Shown here: positions 63,282 to 64,000 of the stretch, in pieces
Layout of the letters: every line of letters begins with the position of its first letter
Position numbering within the stretch: position 1 is the first letter of the stretch
DNA from: Lytechinus pictus
Lineage: Eukaryota
DNA: 64,000 bases
Reading direction: 5' to 3'
Assembly: GCF_037042905.1 (NCBI RefSeq)
Contig: NC_087251.1
Coordinates: 43,464,001 to 43,528,000, forward strand
Translations under genes and position numbers: made by a program
Notes under the pieces: generated by a model
What the model was told of the DNA's origin: nothing
Seen by the model: only the letters and a program-made list of their open reading frames with translations
Databases searched by the model: none

Positions 63282-64000
63282 GTAGGTCTGAAACACTGCA
63301 CGCTTAATAATAATAATTATAATAATATATGCATTTTTTTAGGCGCAATATCAATCTCGTAAGAGCTGCTCAAGGCGCACAAGTGTCGGGGGGCAAACAA
63401 AATTACAAGTAACCGAAAATGAGTTTAATACAAAAGAGCTAATCTGGTCCATAAAATCAGAGGCATAACTTTGTTTTTTCATATATACAATATTTTTTTA
63501 TGGTTTCTTGTCAATTCGAGGGTGCTGATTACGAATCTGAATGATGCCACTCGTGTAACCTTGAAAAATTACCTGCAAATTACCCATAAATCATAAAATT
63601 GCCAGCAAATTTGCTATAAAATGTATGTAATTGTGTTGCAGGAGTGAAATACTCTCTGAAAAAACAATTTTTTGACAAAATATTTATTTTTTGATATTCA
63701 AACTGGCCGCCACAGACCTCTGTATACCCTATTATGTACAATATGAATAGGGAAAATTAATTTTTCACAAAAATTATCACTAAGCTGCAAGTAATTGTGA
63801 TCTATGGACGAAGTAATAAATGAAAATCATCAATGCTAACATGATATATAAATTATTATGTCATATATGGGAAAATCGTTGTATTTAATATTCAAAATAG
63901 CTGCCACTGGCCCAAATAGTATTATTTTCTATGGCAAAGGGGCCAACAAAAATCGCAAAATTTAGCACTTAAATGCATATTATTAAGATAAACGAGTGGA

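Overview
AT-rich, intron-containing animal genomic DNA; the repeat types and a decayed Toll-like receptor trace suggest an echinoderm such as a sea urchin (inference). The main feature is a complete 17-exon + strand gene (37995-60658; 2205-nt CDS, 734 aa by manual splicing) for a type II membrane M28B peptidase of the glutamate carboxypeptidase II / NAALADase family. Exon 1 of a tandem paralog follows at 63085-63281. The remainder is transposon-rich and includes 5'-truncated CR1/L2-type LINEs, tRNA-derived SINEs, many non-autonomous TIR elements and a 40-bp satellite with a 12-mer higher-order repeat. Intron 4 is almost entirely a 6.8-kb nested foldback of transposons. Smaller points of interest are a minimal hammerhead ribozyme inside a (TA)n tract, a tRNA-like cloverleaf with a UCA anticodon, a probable decayed TLR pseudogene and a sharp 50-nt identity tract between the two paralogs. 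No prokaryotic system, CRISPR array or intact transposase was found. All alignments were done by eye.
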